Assembly: GCA_964482725.1 (NCBI GenBank)
Contig: CAYZYT010000010.1
Location: 15,794-79,793, forward strand
Direction of reading: 5' to 3'
Origin: an uncultured bacterium
GTDB taxonomy: Bacteria; Omnitrophota; Omnitrophia; Omnitrophales; Aquincolibacteriaceae
Length of the DNA: 64,000 bases
Part shown: positions 1-9,566 of the stretch, in pieces
Layout of the letters: every line of letters begins with the position of its first letter
Position numbering within the stretch: position 1 is the stretch's first letter
Notes under the pieces: generated by a model
What the model was told of the DNA's origin: nothing
The model's database searches: none
The model's input: only the letters and a program-made list of their open reading frames with translations
Translations under genes and position numbers: made by a program

Positions 1-318
1 TTTCTTCCCGTGGTGATCGGCTTGCCGGAAATTCATGCCATCAAATTGAAGCTCGGCAACGTCAAGCCCCCGCGGCCGATGACCCATGACCTAATGCTCA
101 AAATCGTCCAAGAGCTTGGCGGCAAACTCCAGAGAGTGGTGATTGATAAACTCGAGAATAATACGTTCCATGCCAAGCTGCATATTCTCAATGAAAATGG
201 GCAAGAGGTGGTGATTGATTCCCGACCCTCCGATAGCGTGGCGATTGCCTTGCGCGCCCAAGTGCCTGTTTTTGTCGAAGACGAGATTTTGAAAGCAGCG
301 AGCGTTTACGAGGTCTAG
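1..318 (+). CDS. Bifunctional nuclease family protein (DUF151/BFN), 5' end outside window
   Basis: Frame is open from base 1 (FLPVVIG...). Motifs PRPMTHDL and DSRPSDSVAIALR are typical of DUF151. Confidence 0.85.
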   Translation, partial: FLPVVIGLPEIHAIKLKLGNVKPPRPMTHDLMLKIVQELGGKLQRVVIDKLENNTFHAKLHILNENGQEVVIDSRPSDSVAIALRAQVPVFVEDEILKAASVYEV

Positions 319-321
319 AGC

Positions 322-1248
322 GTGGAAAACAAACTTTATGACGTGATGATCATTGGGGGCGGGGGAGCGGGGCTGACAGCAGCCCTCTACACATCACGCG
401 CCAATCTTTCCACGATTCTTTTTGAAAAATTAGTTGTGGGAGGGCAGATCGCCTCCACGGACCTCGTGGAGAATTATCCCGGTTTTACGGAAGGTATCCT
501 GGGAGCCGAGATCGCTCAGAAAATGGAATCCCAGGCCGTACGCTATGGCACGCAAATTATTTACGAAGAGGTTAAGGGCCTCTCGCGCAAAGGAGATGTT
601 TTTGAAGCCATAAGCGGGGAGACGTGCTATAGCGCTCGGGCGGTTATCCTCGCGATGGGCGCTTCGTTTCGCATGATCGGGGTTCCCAATGAAAAAGAAC
701 TCACGGGGAAAGGCGTTTCTTATTGTGCCACCTGCGATGGGGCTTTCTTTAAAGGGAAAAAGGTTATTGCGGTGGGGGGCGGGGATTCCGCGCTTCAGGA
801 GGGGATCTTTTTGACGCGATTTGCCGAGAGGGTGACGATCGTTCACCGCCGGGATAAATTGCGTGCGAGTCCGATTCTGCAGGAACGCGCTAAAATGAAC
901 GCTAAGATAAGCTTTATTTGGGATGCCGTTGTTGATAAAATTGAAGGCGAAAAGAAGGTAGAGGCCGTTCTTTTGAAAAATGTAAAGACGGGCGAGGTCC
1001 AAAAGTTCCCGACGGAGGGTATTTTTGTTTTTATCGGACATGATCCCAACAGCGGGCTTGCGAAGGGTTTTGTGGCGCTTGATGAAAAGGGGTATGTGGT
1101 GACCGATGTCTCGCTTGCGACTTCTGTCCCCGGGGTTTTTGCTGCCGGGGAAGTCCGACAAGGAGCCGTGCGTCAGTTAGTGTCAGCTTGTGGCGAAGGC
1201 TGTGCAGCAGCGTTGTCGGCCCAGGCTTTTTTGGACGAGCAGCGTTAG
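322..1248 (+). CDS. trxB: Thioredoxin-disulfide reductase
   Basis: GGGGAG FAD motif, CATC redox centre, GGGDSA NADPH motif, HRRDKLRA. Confidence 0.96.
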   Translation: MENKLYDVMIIGGGGAGLTAALYTSRANLSTILFEKLVVGGQIASTDLVENYPGFTEGILGAEIAQKMESQAVRYGTQIIYEEVKGLSRKGDVFEAISGETCYSARAVILAMGASFRMIGVPNEKELTGKGVSYCATCDGAFFKGKKVIAVGGGDSALQEGIFLTRFAERVTIVHRRDKLRASPILQERAKMNAKISFIWDAVVDKIEGEKKVEAVLLKNVKTGEVQKFPTEGIFVFIGHDPNSGLAKGFVALDEKGYVVTDVSLATSVPGVFAAGEVRQGAVRQLVSACGEGCAAALSAQAFLDEQR

Positions 1249-1288
1249 AGCGAATGTCCTTGTAACACTTTTTTTGAAAGGTAACCCC

Positions 1289-1606
1289 ATGGATTTTGAT
1301 AAGGAATTTGAGCAGAACATGAAGCAGCTGATGCTCCTTCTTAAAAAGATCATGAGCAGCCAGCACCCGATGGAGGGGAAAAGTCCCGCCGAGATGATGA
1401 AATTTCTAAGAGAGATGAAAGACAAGAGCTCCGATGTGAATATTTTCATTCTTAATATGGCGCCTCTTTCTCCTGAGGAATTCGACGAGATCGAAGAGAT
1501 GTTTGAGGGCGGGGCGATGAGCGAACATCACAGGTCGGGAGAACTTAACTGTGAGCTCAATGATGATGATCATGTTTTTCTTAAACAAAACGGTATCCGC
1601 TTCTAG
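1289..1606 (+). CDS. Hypothetical acidic protein (~105 aa)
   Basis: ATG at 1289 after AAGGT. Fills the gap between trxB and the DUF547 gene. No recognisable family. Confidence 0.65.
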   Translation: MDFDKEFEQNMKQLMLLLKKIMSSQHPMEGKSPAEMMKFLREMKDKSSDVNIFILNMAPLSPEEFDEIEEMFEGGAMSEHHRSGELNCELNDDDHVFLKQNGIRF

Positions 1607-1618
1607 GACAATAACCCC

Positions 1619-2446
1619 ATGACACTTCCCGGAAAAATTGTTGCGGCGTTCTTTTGCCTTTTATGCTTTTTTCCTGCCGGGCTTCACGCAGGGACAGCTT
1701 TTGACTACTCTGTCTGGGACGCCTTTCTCTCTAAAAATGTGAACGAAAAAGGCGAGGTGGATTATCAGTCAATCAAGAAAGACCCGAAGGCGCTGAAGGA
1801 TGCTCTGGCGACTTTGACGGCGGTGAATGAATCTCTGATCGGCTCATGGCCGCGGGAAGAAGCCATGGCTTTCTGGCTGAATGCGTATCACGCCGCTCTG
1901 ATCCAACAGGTGGTCGAAAATTATCCCGTGACTTCCGTCCAAAAGATCCCGAGTTTTTGGGATATCGCATTATTCCATTTTGGCAGCAGGGTCCAGGGAC
2001 AAAGGCAGTACAGTTTGAATGATATTCGAGTGACGAAACTGGTCGGGGTCTATCGTGATGAGAAGATCCATCTGGCGCTTTCTGTAGCGGCCAAGGGAGG
2101 TCCTCAGTTGATGCGCGAAGCTTTCACGGGTCCCAAGGTGGAGGGACAGCTTTTTCTTTTAACCCGGAAATTTGTGACGGATCCCGCCTATGTGGATATT
2201 ACCCCGGGCCGGAAAAAGATCCGGATCTCCAAGATCTTTTCGTGGTACGCAAAAGATTTTAAACTGGATTTTGGGACCCCCGAACCGAGGGGGAAATTTT
2301 CAGAGAGCGATAACGCGGTGCTTTCTTTTTTGGCCTATTATCTTGAAGATGAAGCTAAGGGAGAATATCTTCAGGAAGCCAAATACAAGATCGAATATCC
2401 CGCCTTTGATTGGTCTCTGAACGATTGGAAAAAACGAGCCGCCTAG
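1619..2446 (+). CDS. DUF547 domain secreted protein
   Basis: Signal peptide; motifs VDY, AFWLNAYHA, SLNDI, IHLAL, SKIFSWYAKDF, FDWSLND. Confidence 0.85.
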   Translation: MTLPGKIVAAFFCLLCFFPAGLHAGTAFDYSVWDAFLSKNVNEKGEVDYQSIKKDPKALKDALATLTAVNESLIGSWPREEAMAFWLNAYHAALIQQVVENYPVTSVQKIPSFWDIALFHFGSRVQGQRQYSLNDIRVTKLVGVYRDEKIHLALSVAAKGGPQLMREAFTGPKVEGQLFLLTRKFVTDPAYVDITPGRKKIRISKIFSWYAKDFKLDFGTPEPRGKFSESDNAVLSFLAYYLEDEAKGEYLQEAKYKIEYPAFDWSLNDWKKRAA

Positions 2447-2528
2447 GCTCGCCCCGTTTTTTTTGACAGGCCCATCCAAAAACGTCTAACTCTTTTTATT
2501 TCAATGAGTTGCGGTTTTTTAAAAAGCA

Positions 2529-2557
2529 TTGACAGTCCCAGTGAATTCTCATAAGAT
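2529..2557 (+). promoter_or_regulatory. Sigma70-type promoter of rplU-rpmA
   Basis: TTGACA-17 bp-TAAGAT upstream of rplU. Confidence 0.7.
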
Positions 2558-2589
2558 ATGCGCTCTCTTAAAGTCAAAGGAGTCATTTC

Positions 2590-2913
2590 ATGGAAAAATA
2601 TGCGATCGTTGAGACGGGTTCCAAGCAGTATTGGGTGGCGCCCAAGCAGGTGATCGAAGTCGAATTGTTGGAAGTTGCCGAAGGCCAAAAAGAGGTTGTT
2701 TTGGACCAGGTGATGCTTGTTCAGGATGCGGGGCAAGTGAAGGTCGGGACCCCGGTGATCGCGGGAGCCAAAATTATTTGCGAAAATCTGGGGGAGTTCC
2801 GAGGCCCCAAGCTGGTTCATTACCGGATGCGTCGCCGTAAGTCGTCGAGGAAGAAGCAAGGGCATCGGCAGGATCTCCTCCGGCTGCTTGTCAAAGAGAT
2901 TAAAGTTAGCTAA
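2590..2913 (+). CDS. rplU: 50S ribosomal protein L21
   Basis: YAIVETGSKQY start and KKQGHRQ motif; adjacent to rpmA. Confidence 0.96.
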   Translation: MEKYAIVETGSKQYWVAPKQVIEVELLEVAEGQKEVVLDQVMLVQDAGQVKVGTPVIAGAKIICENLGEFRGPKLVHYRMRRRKSSRKKQGHRQDLLRLLVKEIKVS

Positions 2914-2934
2914 GAACATTTTTTAAAGGAAACC

Positions 2935-3177
2935 ATGGCACATACAAAAAGTCAGGGAAGTACAACTAACGGAAGAGACTCCAATTCCAAACGCTTGGGC
3001 GTCAAAGTCTATGGCGGACAGAAGATCAAAGCGGGCAGCATTATCGTTCGTCAGCGTGGGACGCGGTATCATCCCGGGAATTTTGTCGGGCTTGGTACTG
3101 ATTACACTCTTTTCGCAAAGCGAGCTGGCATTGTGGAGTTCCGGGCGAACCGATCTGTCCATATCATTCCGAGTTAA
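2935..3177 (+). CDS. rpmA: 50S ribosomal protein L27
   Basis: [24 protein letters not shown] and IIVRQRGT. Confidence 0.97.
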   Translation: MAHTKSQGSTTNGRDSNSKRLGVKVYGGQKIKAGSIIVRQRGTRYHPGNFVGLGTDYTLFAKRAGIVEFRANRSVHIIPS

Positions 3178-3196
3178 TCCAGTTTCAACCAAGTTT

Positions 3197-3243
3197 GAAA
3201 AGGCTAAAAAGCGATCCTAAGCTTTTTGGCCTTTTCTCTTTTT
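3197..3243 (+). terminator. Intrinsic terminator after rpmA
   Basis: GAAAAGGCTAAAAAGC / GCTTTTTGGCCTTTTC inverted repeat followed by a T-rich tract. Confidence 0.7.
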
Positions 3244-3253
3244 AAGGACCTCT

Positions 3254-4225
3254 ATGCTAGTTGATAAGATACATCTAAAAATCCAGGGCGGCCGTGGTGG
3301 CAAAGGCTGTGAAAGTTATAACCATCGCAAGGATCACAAGAAGGTCCCCAACGGTGCCGACGGGGGGGACGGTGGAAGTGTGATCTTTCGCGCTTCCCAT
3401 AACGCTCCGGGGCTCGATCGCCTCAGGTTGAAGCAACACTTGGACGCAGATTCCGGTGAGCATGGTAGTAGTGATAACAAACGTGGATGCAAAGGGGAGG
3501 ATCTGATCGTGTTGGTTCCGATCGGGACTTCGATCTTTCGTCGCGAGAATCATCTTCCGATCCGGGATCTCTATCTTGAGGGAGAGGAAGTGATCGTGGC
3601 GCGTGGGGGCCGGGGTGGGTCGGGGAATATCGGCGATAAAACGGCGACTTCGGGGGAAGACGGTGAAAAACTTGAAATTGATGTGGAATTTCGCATCATG
3701 GCGGATGTTTTTCTGGTGGGGCTTCCGAGTTCTGGGAAATCCTCCCTGCTACATCATTTGACGCGTGCCCCTGTGGAAGGTAAGGATTATCCTTTCGCAA
3801 CGCGCAGTCCGGTGCTGGGCGTTCATCCCTATGACGACTACAAGCAGATCAACTTTTGCGAGCTTCCGTCCATTTTTGAAGGGTCCACGGACGGGCGGGG
3901 TTTGGGGACCGATTTTTTAAGGCACTTGGCTCGCGCCAAGTTGATCGTATTCATGATCGACGCGACCTTGAAGTTCTGTCATACCGCCATCGAAGGATTG
4001 AGCGCCTTGCAGCGGATCGTTTATGAGCAAGATCCCGCTTTTCGTCAGATCCCCAGTGTGGTGGTGGTGAACAAGATCGATCTAGGGCATGATATCGAGA
4101 AGATCCAGGAAGAGCTGCGGAGTTCGGGGCAGATCTATTTTTTGATTTCGGTGAAAACCGGGGAAGGGGTCGAGTCACTTATGAAGTTCATTCATGAGAG
4201 GATCGAGAACGAAGGCCATGTCTGA
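3254..4225 (+). CDS. obgE: Obg/CgtA family GTPase (divergent G motifs)
   Basis: Gly-rich Obg N-terminal domain, GLPSSGKSS, YPFAT, GRGLG..FLRH, NKID; canonical position after rplU-rpmA. Confidence 0.88.
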   Translation: MLVDKIHLKIQGGRGGKGCESYNHRKDHKKVPNGADGGDGGSVIFRASHNAPGLDRLRLKQHLDADSGEHGSSDNKRGCKGEDLIVLVPIGTSIFRRENHLPIRDLYLEGEEVIVARGGRGGSGNIGDKTATSGEDGEKLEIDVEFRIMADVFLVGLPSSGKSSLLHHLTRAPVEGKDYPFATRSPVLGVHPYDDYKQINFCELPSIFEGSTDGRGLGTDFLRHLARAKLIVFMIDATLKFCHTAIEGLSALQRIVYEQDPAFRQIPSVVVVNKIDLGHDIEKIQEELRSSGQIYFLISVKTGEGVESLMKFIHERIENEGHV

Positions 4226-5333
4226 TCGCGTCCGACGGGCCCAAAAGATCGTTATCAAGATAGGTACGAGCATTCTCAAAACTCGCGGGGAAAGTTTTTC
4301 CCATAAAGAGCATGCCCGTGTCTGTCGGGAGATCTATTCGCTTATCCGGAAAGGTCGGCGTCCGGTCCTGGTGAGTTCGGGAGCGATCGCTCTCGGAATG
4401 AAAAGTTGCGGTTTTAAAAAAAGGCCAAACGAAATGGCGGAACTTCAGGCCTGCGCCGCCATTGGGCAGGGGAAGCTCATGCATGCTTACGAGAGCTTTT
4501 TCGCGAAGAAAAAAGTTCATACGGCGCAACTGCTTCTGACGCGCGACGGCCTCGAGGATCGCAAACGGTTCCTTTGTGCCCGCAATACTCTCGAGACGCT
4601 TCTGAAACTTAATATTCTTCCCATCGTTAACGAGAACGATACCGTGGCGGTCGAGGAGATCGCTTTTGGGGACAATGACATTCTTTCGGTCCATGTGGCG
4701 CACTTGGTGGGCGCGGATCTTTTGATCAATCTTTCGGATGCGGAAGGTTTCCTCCTGAAGGACGGAACGCGTGTGCGGGAAGTGACCTCCGAAGATGAGA
4801 TCGACAATAAACTCGTGTTGCATCTGGCGGACAAAAAGCGCGAAGAGACCGTCGGCGGCATGCGAGCAAAGCTTAAAGCGGCCCAAGTGGCCATGCGCCT
4901 CGGCATCCCTTTCATGATCGTGAATGGGCATAAGCCGCATATTCTTCAGGAAATCATCAACGGAAAAGATGTTGGGACTTTATTTATCACCTCGGGCGCC
5001 AAAAAAGATATGAGACACAAGTGGATCGCATTCTCAGCGACTCGGAGTGGCAGTATTATCGTCGACCTCGGCGCCTATCAGGCCCTTCTCGCGAAAAAGA
5101 GTCTTTTGCCCCGTGGGATCGTAAAAGTCCAAGGGAATTTTGATGAGGGACAGGTGGTGGAACTTGAGGCTCAGGACGGAAAGGTATTCGGGCGTGGCGT
5201 AGTTCATTATGGCAGTCGTGATCTTAACCGCATCGCGGGGAAGCGGACGGATGAGATTCAGGCGATCCTGGGGAAAAAGTCTCATGATGAAGTGATCCAT
5301 CGGAACGATCTTGTCATCTGGAGCGAGCGATGA
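4218..5333 (+). CDS. proB: Glutamate 5-kinase with PUA domain
   Basis: VIKIGTS, VSSGAIA, NENDTV..IAFGDND, GGMRAKL; C-terminal PUA domain ending in IHRNDLV. Confidence 0.95.
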   Translation: MSDRVRRAQKIVIKIGTSILKTRGESFSHKEHARVCREIYSLIRKGRRPVLVSSGAIALGMKSCGFKKRPNEMAELQACAAIGQGKLMHAYESFFAKKKVHTAQLLLTRDGLEDRKRFLCARNTLETLLKLNILPIVNENDTVAVEEIAFGDNDILSVHVAHLVGADLLINLSDAEGFLLKDGTRVREVTSEDEIDNKLVLHLADKKREETVGGMRAKLKAAQVAMRLGIPFMIVNGHKPHILQEIINGKDVGTLFITSGAKKDMRHKWIAFSATRSGSIIVDLGAYQALLAKKSLLPRGIVKVQGNFDEGQVVELEAQDGKVFGRGVVHYGSRDLNRIAGKRTDEIQAILGKKSHDEVIHRNDLVIWSER

Positions 5334-6586
5334 ATTGGAAACGCGAATTAGAAAAAGTGCTTGTGACTGCGCGGCAAACCGCTGCGGATGCAGGACAGAT
5401 GTCTCCCGATTTCAAAAAAAAGATTCTGGAGGACATTGCCTCCAGGATCGAGAAAAGGGCGAAATGGCTTGTCGGCGAGAATCGCAAGGACCTTGCGAAT
5501 GCCAAGGCGAGCGGCCTTTCATCGTCGATGATCGACCGTCTGATGCTCAACGAAAAACGTATTCGGGGCATGGCGGAGGGTGTCCGGGCCGTGGCGCGTC
5601 TCAAAGATCCTATCGGTAAAGTTCAGGCGAAATGGTCGAGGCCCAATGGCCTTAGGCTTCAAAAGGTGATCGTTCCGCTGGGTGTGATCCTTATGATCTA
5701 TGAATCCCGTCCGAACGTGACTGTCGAGTGCGCTGCGCTTTGTCTCAAGAGTTCGAACGTGGCGATCCTTCGCGGAGGACGTGAGGCGATGGCTTCCAAT
5801 CGTGCGCTTGTCTCCATCTTTAAAGAGTCCCTCAAGCAGCACGGGCTTTCGTCTTTCCATGTAAATCTTGTGAAAACGACGGACTATGCGGCTCTTGATT
5901 TTCTTCTGAAACAGGAGGGCCGGATCGATCTTGTCATCCCTCGCGGCGGGGAGAAGCTGATCCGCCGGGTCGTGAGAAACGCGCGTATTCCTGTGATCAA
6001 GCACTATCAAGGCATCTGTCATGTGTATGTCGATAAAAAGGCCGACCTCAAAAAAGCGGTTGCGATCACGCTGAACGCTAAATTGCAGCGTCCGGGAGTT
6101 TGTAACGCATTGGAGACGCTTTTGGTGCATCAGGCCGTTGCTGCAAAATTCCTTACGAGGGTCGCTGACCCGTTAAAACAAGGTGGCTGCGAAGTTCGGG
6201 GCGATGCGGCGACATGCCGTTTTATCCCTTGGGCGAAGCGCGCGAAAGCGGCCGACTATGGCCATGAATTTCTGGAAAAGATCCTCGCGGTGCGTGTTGT
6301 TAAGGACCTCGATGAAGCGATCCGGCATATTGAAACTCAGGGTTCTCATCATACGGATGCGATCGTGACGGAAGACAAGAAAGCGGCCCAAGTCTTTAAG
6401 GCCAAAGTCGATTCCTCATCCGTGATGGTCAATGCCTCAACTCGTTTTTCCGACGGATTCGAGTACGGGTTCGGTGCCGAGATCGGTATTTCGACCGACA
6501 AGATCCATGCTCGGGGGCCGATGGGCCTTGAGGGACTCACATCGTACAAATATATCGTGGAAGGGAATGGCCACATACGCATTTAA
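5330..6586 (+). CDS. proA: Gamma-glutamyl phosphate reductase
   Basis: IYESRPNVT, IPRGG, CNALETLL, NASTRFSDG, HARGPMGL. Confidence 0.97.
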   Translation: MNWKRELEKVLVTARQTAADAGQMSPDFKKKILEDIASRIEKRAKWLVGENRKDLANAKASGLSSSMIDRLMLNEKRIRGMAEGVRAVARLKDPIGKVQAKWSRPNGLRLQKVIVPLGVILMIYESRPNVTVECAALCLKSSNVAILRGGREAMASNRALVSIFKESLKQHGLSSFHVNLVKTTDYAALDFLLKQEGRIDLVIPRGGEKLIRRVVRNARIPVIKHYQGICHVYVDKKADLKKAVAITLNAKLQRPGVCNALETLLVHQAVAAKFLTRVADPLKQGGCEVRGDAATCRFIPWAKRAKAADYGHEFLEKILAVRVVKDLDEAIRHIETQGSHHTDAIVTEDKKAAQVFKAKVDSSSVMVNASTRFSDGFEYGFGAEIGISTDKIHARGPMGLEGLTSYKYIVEGNGHIRI

Positions 6587-6601
6587 AAGCGGTTTTTCCG
6601 C

Positions 6602-7186
6602 ATGAAGATCGGTATTTTGGGAGGGACCTTCGATCCTGTCCACCGCGGGCATTTGAAGCTTGCCCAAAATGCCCGGGATCAATTCTTGCTCGATAAGGTT
6701 ATTTTTGTCCCAGCCTCTCAGCCTCCCCATAAACAAGCACTTCCTTCTCGTGCATCCGCTAAAGACCGTTATGCAATGGTCCGGTTGGCCATCGAGGGGG
6801 AGCCTTTTCTGGAGATTTCAGATTGCGAGCTCCAAAGAAAGGGGGCCTCTTATACTTTTGATACACTCTGTGAATTCGAGAGAAAATATCCCCAAGACAC
6901 ATTTTATTTGATCCTTGGCAAAGATGCGTTTGAAGGGATCAATGCCTGGCAGCATGCTGCCGAGCTTAAGAAAAAAGTCCGATTCTTGGTGGCAAAACGA
7001 GGATTGGGTGAAGTCTGTGCAGTCGAAGGGGCCCTCGCCGAGTGGATTCAGATGCCTTTATGTCCGATTTCTGCCTCCGGGATACGTGAGGGGCTCAATG
7101 GAGGAAAGGATGTGGACGATCAGATAACTCCGAAAGTCCTTCAGTATATCCATGAGCATGAGCTCTATCGGAAAGTGTGGCCATGA
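6602..7186 (+). CDS. nadD: Nicotinate-nucleotide adenylyltransferase
   Basis: GGTFDPVHRGH, PPHK, SYT.DT, ISASGIR. Confidence 0.93.
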   Translation: MKIGILGGTFDPVHRGHLKLAQNARDQFLLDKVIFVPASQPPHKQALPSRASAKDRYAMVRLAIEGEPFLEISDCELQRKGASYTFDTLCEFERKYPQDTFYLILGKDAFEGINAWQHAAELKKKVRFLVAKRGLGEVCAVEGALAEWIQMPLCPISASGIREGLNGGKDVDDQITPKVLQYIHEHELYRKVWP

Positions 7187-8418
7187 ATACAACTTTTCAT
7201 CTAGTGATTTTGGGAGTGCTCTTCCTGTTCTCCTTTTTCTTTTCTGCTGCGGAGACGGCTCTTTTTTCTCTCTCTAAACTTGATAAGCGCAAGCTCAAGG
7301 AGCAATACCCGCATCTTTCGAAATGGATCTTTGAACAGCTGCAAGCACCGCGCAAGACGCTCGGTACGGTCCTTATGGGTAATTTGGCGGTGAATTCGCT
7401 GGCGACGGCAACCGTTACATTGGTAGTGCTCAAACTTTTTGGGGATGCGCGGCTTGGCATGATCATGGCGGCGTTCACTATTTTCCTGATCGTTTTTTGC
7501 GAAATGCTTCCCAAGATCCTTGCGGTCCGGTCACGGGTCAAAATGGCTTTGCTGGTGTCCTTGCCGCTCAAGTTCTTCGCCGTATTGTTCGCTCCCTTCC
7601 GGGTTCTGATGCGTTTTGTCACCGATCGAATTCTTTCCTTTCTTGTCCACGAAAAGATCGATCAGTCGGATATGATCTCGGAAAAGGAACTTAAGGTGCT
7701 CGTCAAGATCGGAGAAGAAGAGGGCGTTTTGGGAGGGCAGGAGCGTCACATGATCCAAAAGCTTCTGGAATTGGGGGAGCGGCCGGTCAAGGATATTATG
7801 ACGCCGCGCACCGACTTGGTGGGTTTGGATATCGAAGAGCCTTCTCAAAAGCATGAGGAGCTTATACGGAAATTTCACTTTACGCGACTGCCTGTTTTTC
7901 AGGGTTCGCTCGATCATATTCTCGGGGTTGTCGAGTCCCAGAACTATCTTCTCCAGGAGCCTCTCCCCGATGTAAAACAAGTGATGGCGATGCCCCTTTT
8001 CGTGCCGGAAAGCAAACGGATCGATGACCTGTTAGAAACATTTCGAAGCAAGAATGAGCGTTTTGCGGTTTGCGTGGATGAATTTGGTGGGACGGCCGGG
8101 GTGGTGACGCAGGAAGACATTCTTGAGGAGATTTTTGGGGAGTTTTATGATGAGTATTCCAAGATCGAAAATCCCATCCGGCGCTTGGGCGAGGATCTTT
8201 ATTTGGTGGAGGGCAAGGTCAGTCTTGCGGAGTTCAATGATTCATTTTCCGCGCATTTGGTGGCGGAGGAGGCCGCGACGCTGGGGGGCTATCTTTTTGA
8301 AAAAATGGGAGTGGTCCCTGTCAAAGGCGCGGTTCTCAATACGGAGCAATTCGATTTTGTGATCCAGGATATGATCCGTCAGCGCATTCACCAGGTCACG
8401 GTCAGGAGGAAGTCGTGA
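7183..8418 (+). CDS. CNNM/DUF21-CBS-CorC_HlyC membrane protein (hemolysin/CorB-like)
   Basis: FFSAAETALFSL, E.LPK, IMTPR, VDEFGGTAGVVT.EDILEEIFGE; ATGA overlap with the nadD stop. Confidence 0.9.
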   Translation: MNTTFHLVILGVLFLFSFFFSAAETALFSLSKLDKRKLKEQYPHLSKWIFEQLQAPRKTLGTVLMGNLAVNSLATATVTLVVLKLFGDARLGMIMAAFTIFLIVFCEMLPKILAVRSRVKMALLVSLPLKFFAVLFAPFRVLMRFVTDRILSFLVHEKIDQSDMISEKELKVLVKIGEEEGVLGGQERHMIQKLLELGERPVKDIMTPRTDLVGLDIEEPSQKHEELIRKFHFTRLPVFQGSLDHILGVVESQNYLLQEPLPDVKQVMAMPLFVPESKRIDDLLETFRSKNERFAVCVDEFGGTAGVVTQEDILEEIFGEFYDEYSKIENPIRRLGEDLYLVEGKVSLAEFNDSFSAHLVAEEAATLGGYLFEKMGVVPVKGAVLNTEQFDFVIQDMIRQRIHQVTVRRKS

Positions 8419-9368
8419 TCGGTCTCCTGGTTCTGTTTCTCTTGTCTCTGGTGGCATCCGCGTTCTTCTCGGGGGCCGAGATGGCTTTTGTTTCCGCGAA
8501 CAAGCTGAAGCTTCGCGAAATGTCGGATGCTGGAGACAAAAAAGCCAGGTTCATCCTGCAGCTCCAGCAGCATCCCAATTATTTTTTGACAGCGATCCTG
8601 ATTGGGAATAACGCGGTAAACGTTACGGCGATCTCGATCGCCACTTACATTTTTAAGGAATATTTCGGTTGGAACAGTGAATGGGCCGTAATGTTGGTGA
8701 TCGCTCCCGTATTGATTGTTTTCGCGGAGATGGTCCCCAAGGATTATGGCCGTTTGACCGCCATTCCATTTTTGTTGGGACAGACCTTCTGGCTCAAAGG
8801 TCTTAAGGCGGTCCTGTATGGCCCCATCATCTTGTTCTTCAAGGCGTTGAGCTTCTTCTGGCCCTCGTTCCAGCAGGGCGTGGTCCGGGATATTTTTGTG
8901 AACGAGGAGGAATTCCGTTCACTTATCGAGGAGAGCACGCAAAGAGGCATCGTGGGACCCCAGGAAGAAAAATTGATCCATACCATTCTGGACTTCGAAC
9001 GGATCCATGTCTCGTCGGTGATGGTTCCTGTGGGGAAGGTGCCGATGGTGGATATCCATAGCAAGATCGAGGATGTCAAACAGATCGCTCGAGAGACCCA
9101 TGTTCGCATGATGCTTGTTTATGAAGAGATACCGTCCATCGTCATGGGGATGGTCTATGTCTTCGATATCCTCTGGGAAGAGGAGAACGCCCAGGGGTTG
9201 CATGATTTTCTTCGAGCGCCCATTTTTATTCCTGAGGACACCTCCTTGGAGAAAGCTTTCCTAACCCTCCAGAAAAAGCGCCAATCTTATGCTGTGGTGA
9301 CCGATCGAGCCGGAGATGTCAAAGGAATCGTTCCGATCGAGAGGCTTCTTATGTTCGAGAAACACTGA
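8415..9368 (+). CDS. Second CNNM/DUF21-CBS protein (no C-terminal CorC domain)
   Basis: FFSGAEMAFVS, ILIGNN, EMVPK and a CBS pair; tandem paralog of the preceding gene. Confidence 0.88.
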   Translation: MIGLLVLFLLSLVASAFFSGAEMAFVSANKLKLREMSDAGDKKARFILQLQQHPNYFLTAILIGNNAVNVTAISIATYIFKEYFGWNSEWAVMLVIAPVLIVFAEMVPKDYGRLTAIPFLLGQTFWLKGLKAVLYGPIILFFKALSFFWPSFQQGVVRDIFVNEEEFRSLIEESTQRGIVGPQEEKLIHTILDFERIHVSSVMVPVGKVPMVDIHSKIEDVKQIARETHVRMMLVYEEIPSIVMGMVYVFDILWEEENAQGLHDFLRAPIFIPEDTSLEKAFLTLQKKRQSYAVVTDRAGDVKGIVPIERLLMFEKH

Positions 9369-9566
9369 GTGCCACCCGTTTTCGTGCGTCCGATAAACCT
9401 TCCAAGGCCATAGATCTTACTAAAGCGGTTCCTGCTTTTTTCTAATCTTGCCGATTTCCTTCCGAACATTCCGACCTCGCCTAGGGTGCTTTCATTACTA
9501 TAAAGCTTTACTAAGCGAAGCCGTTACATTAACACCAGTTATTTTCCCTTCAAGGAGACGAACTTT

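Noticed and set aside
7183-9368. Tandem CNNM/DUF21 genes as a novelty
   Set aside because: Paired DUF21-CBS genes are a common arrangement in many bacteria.
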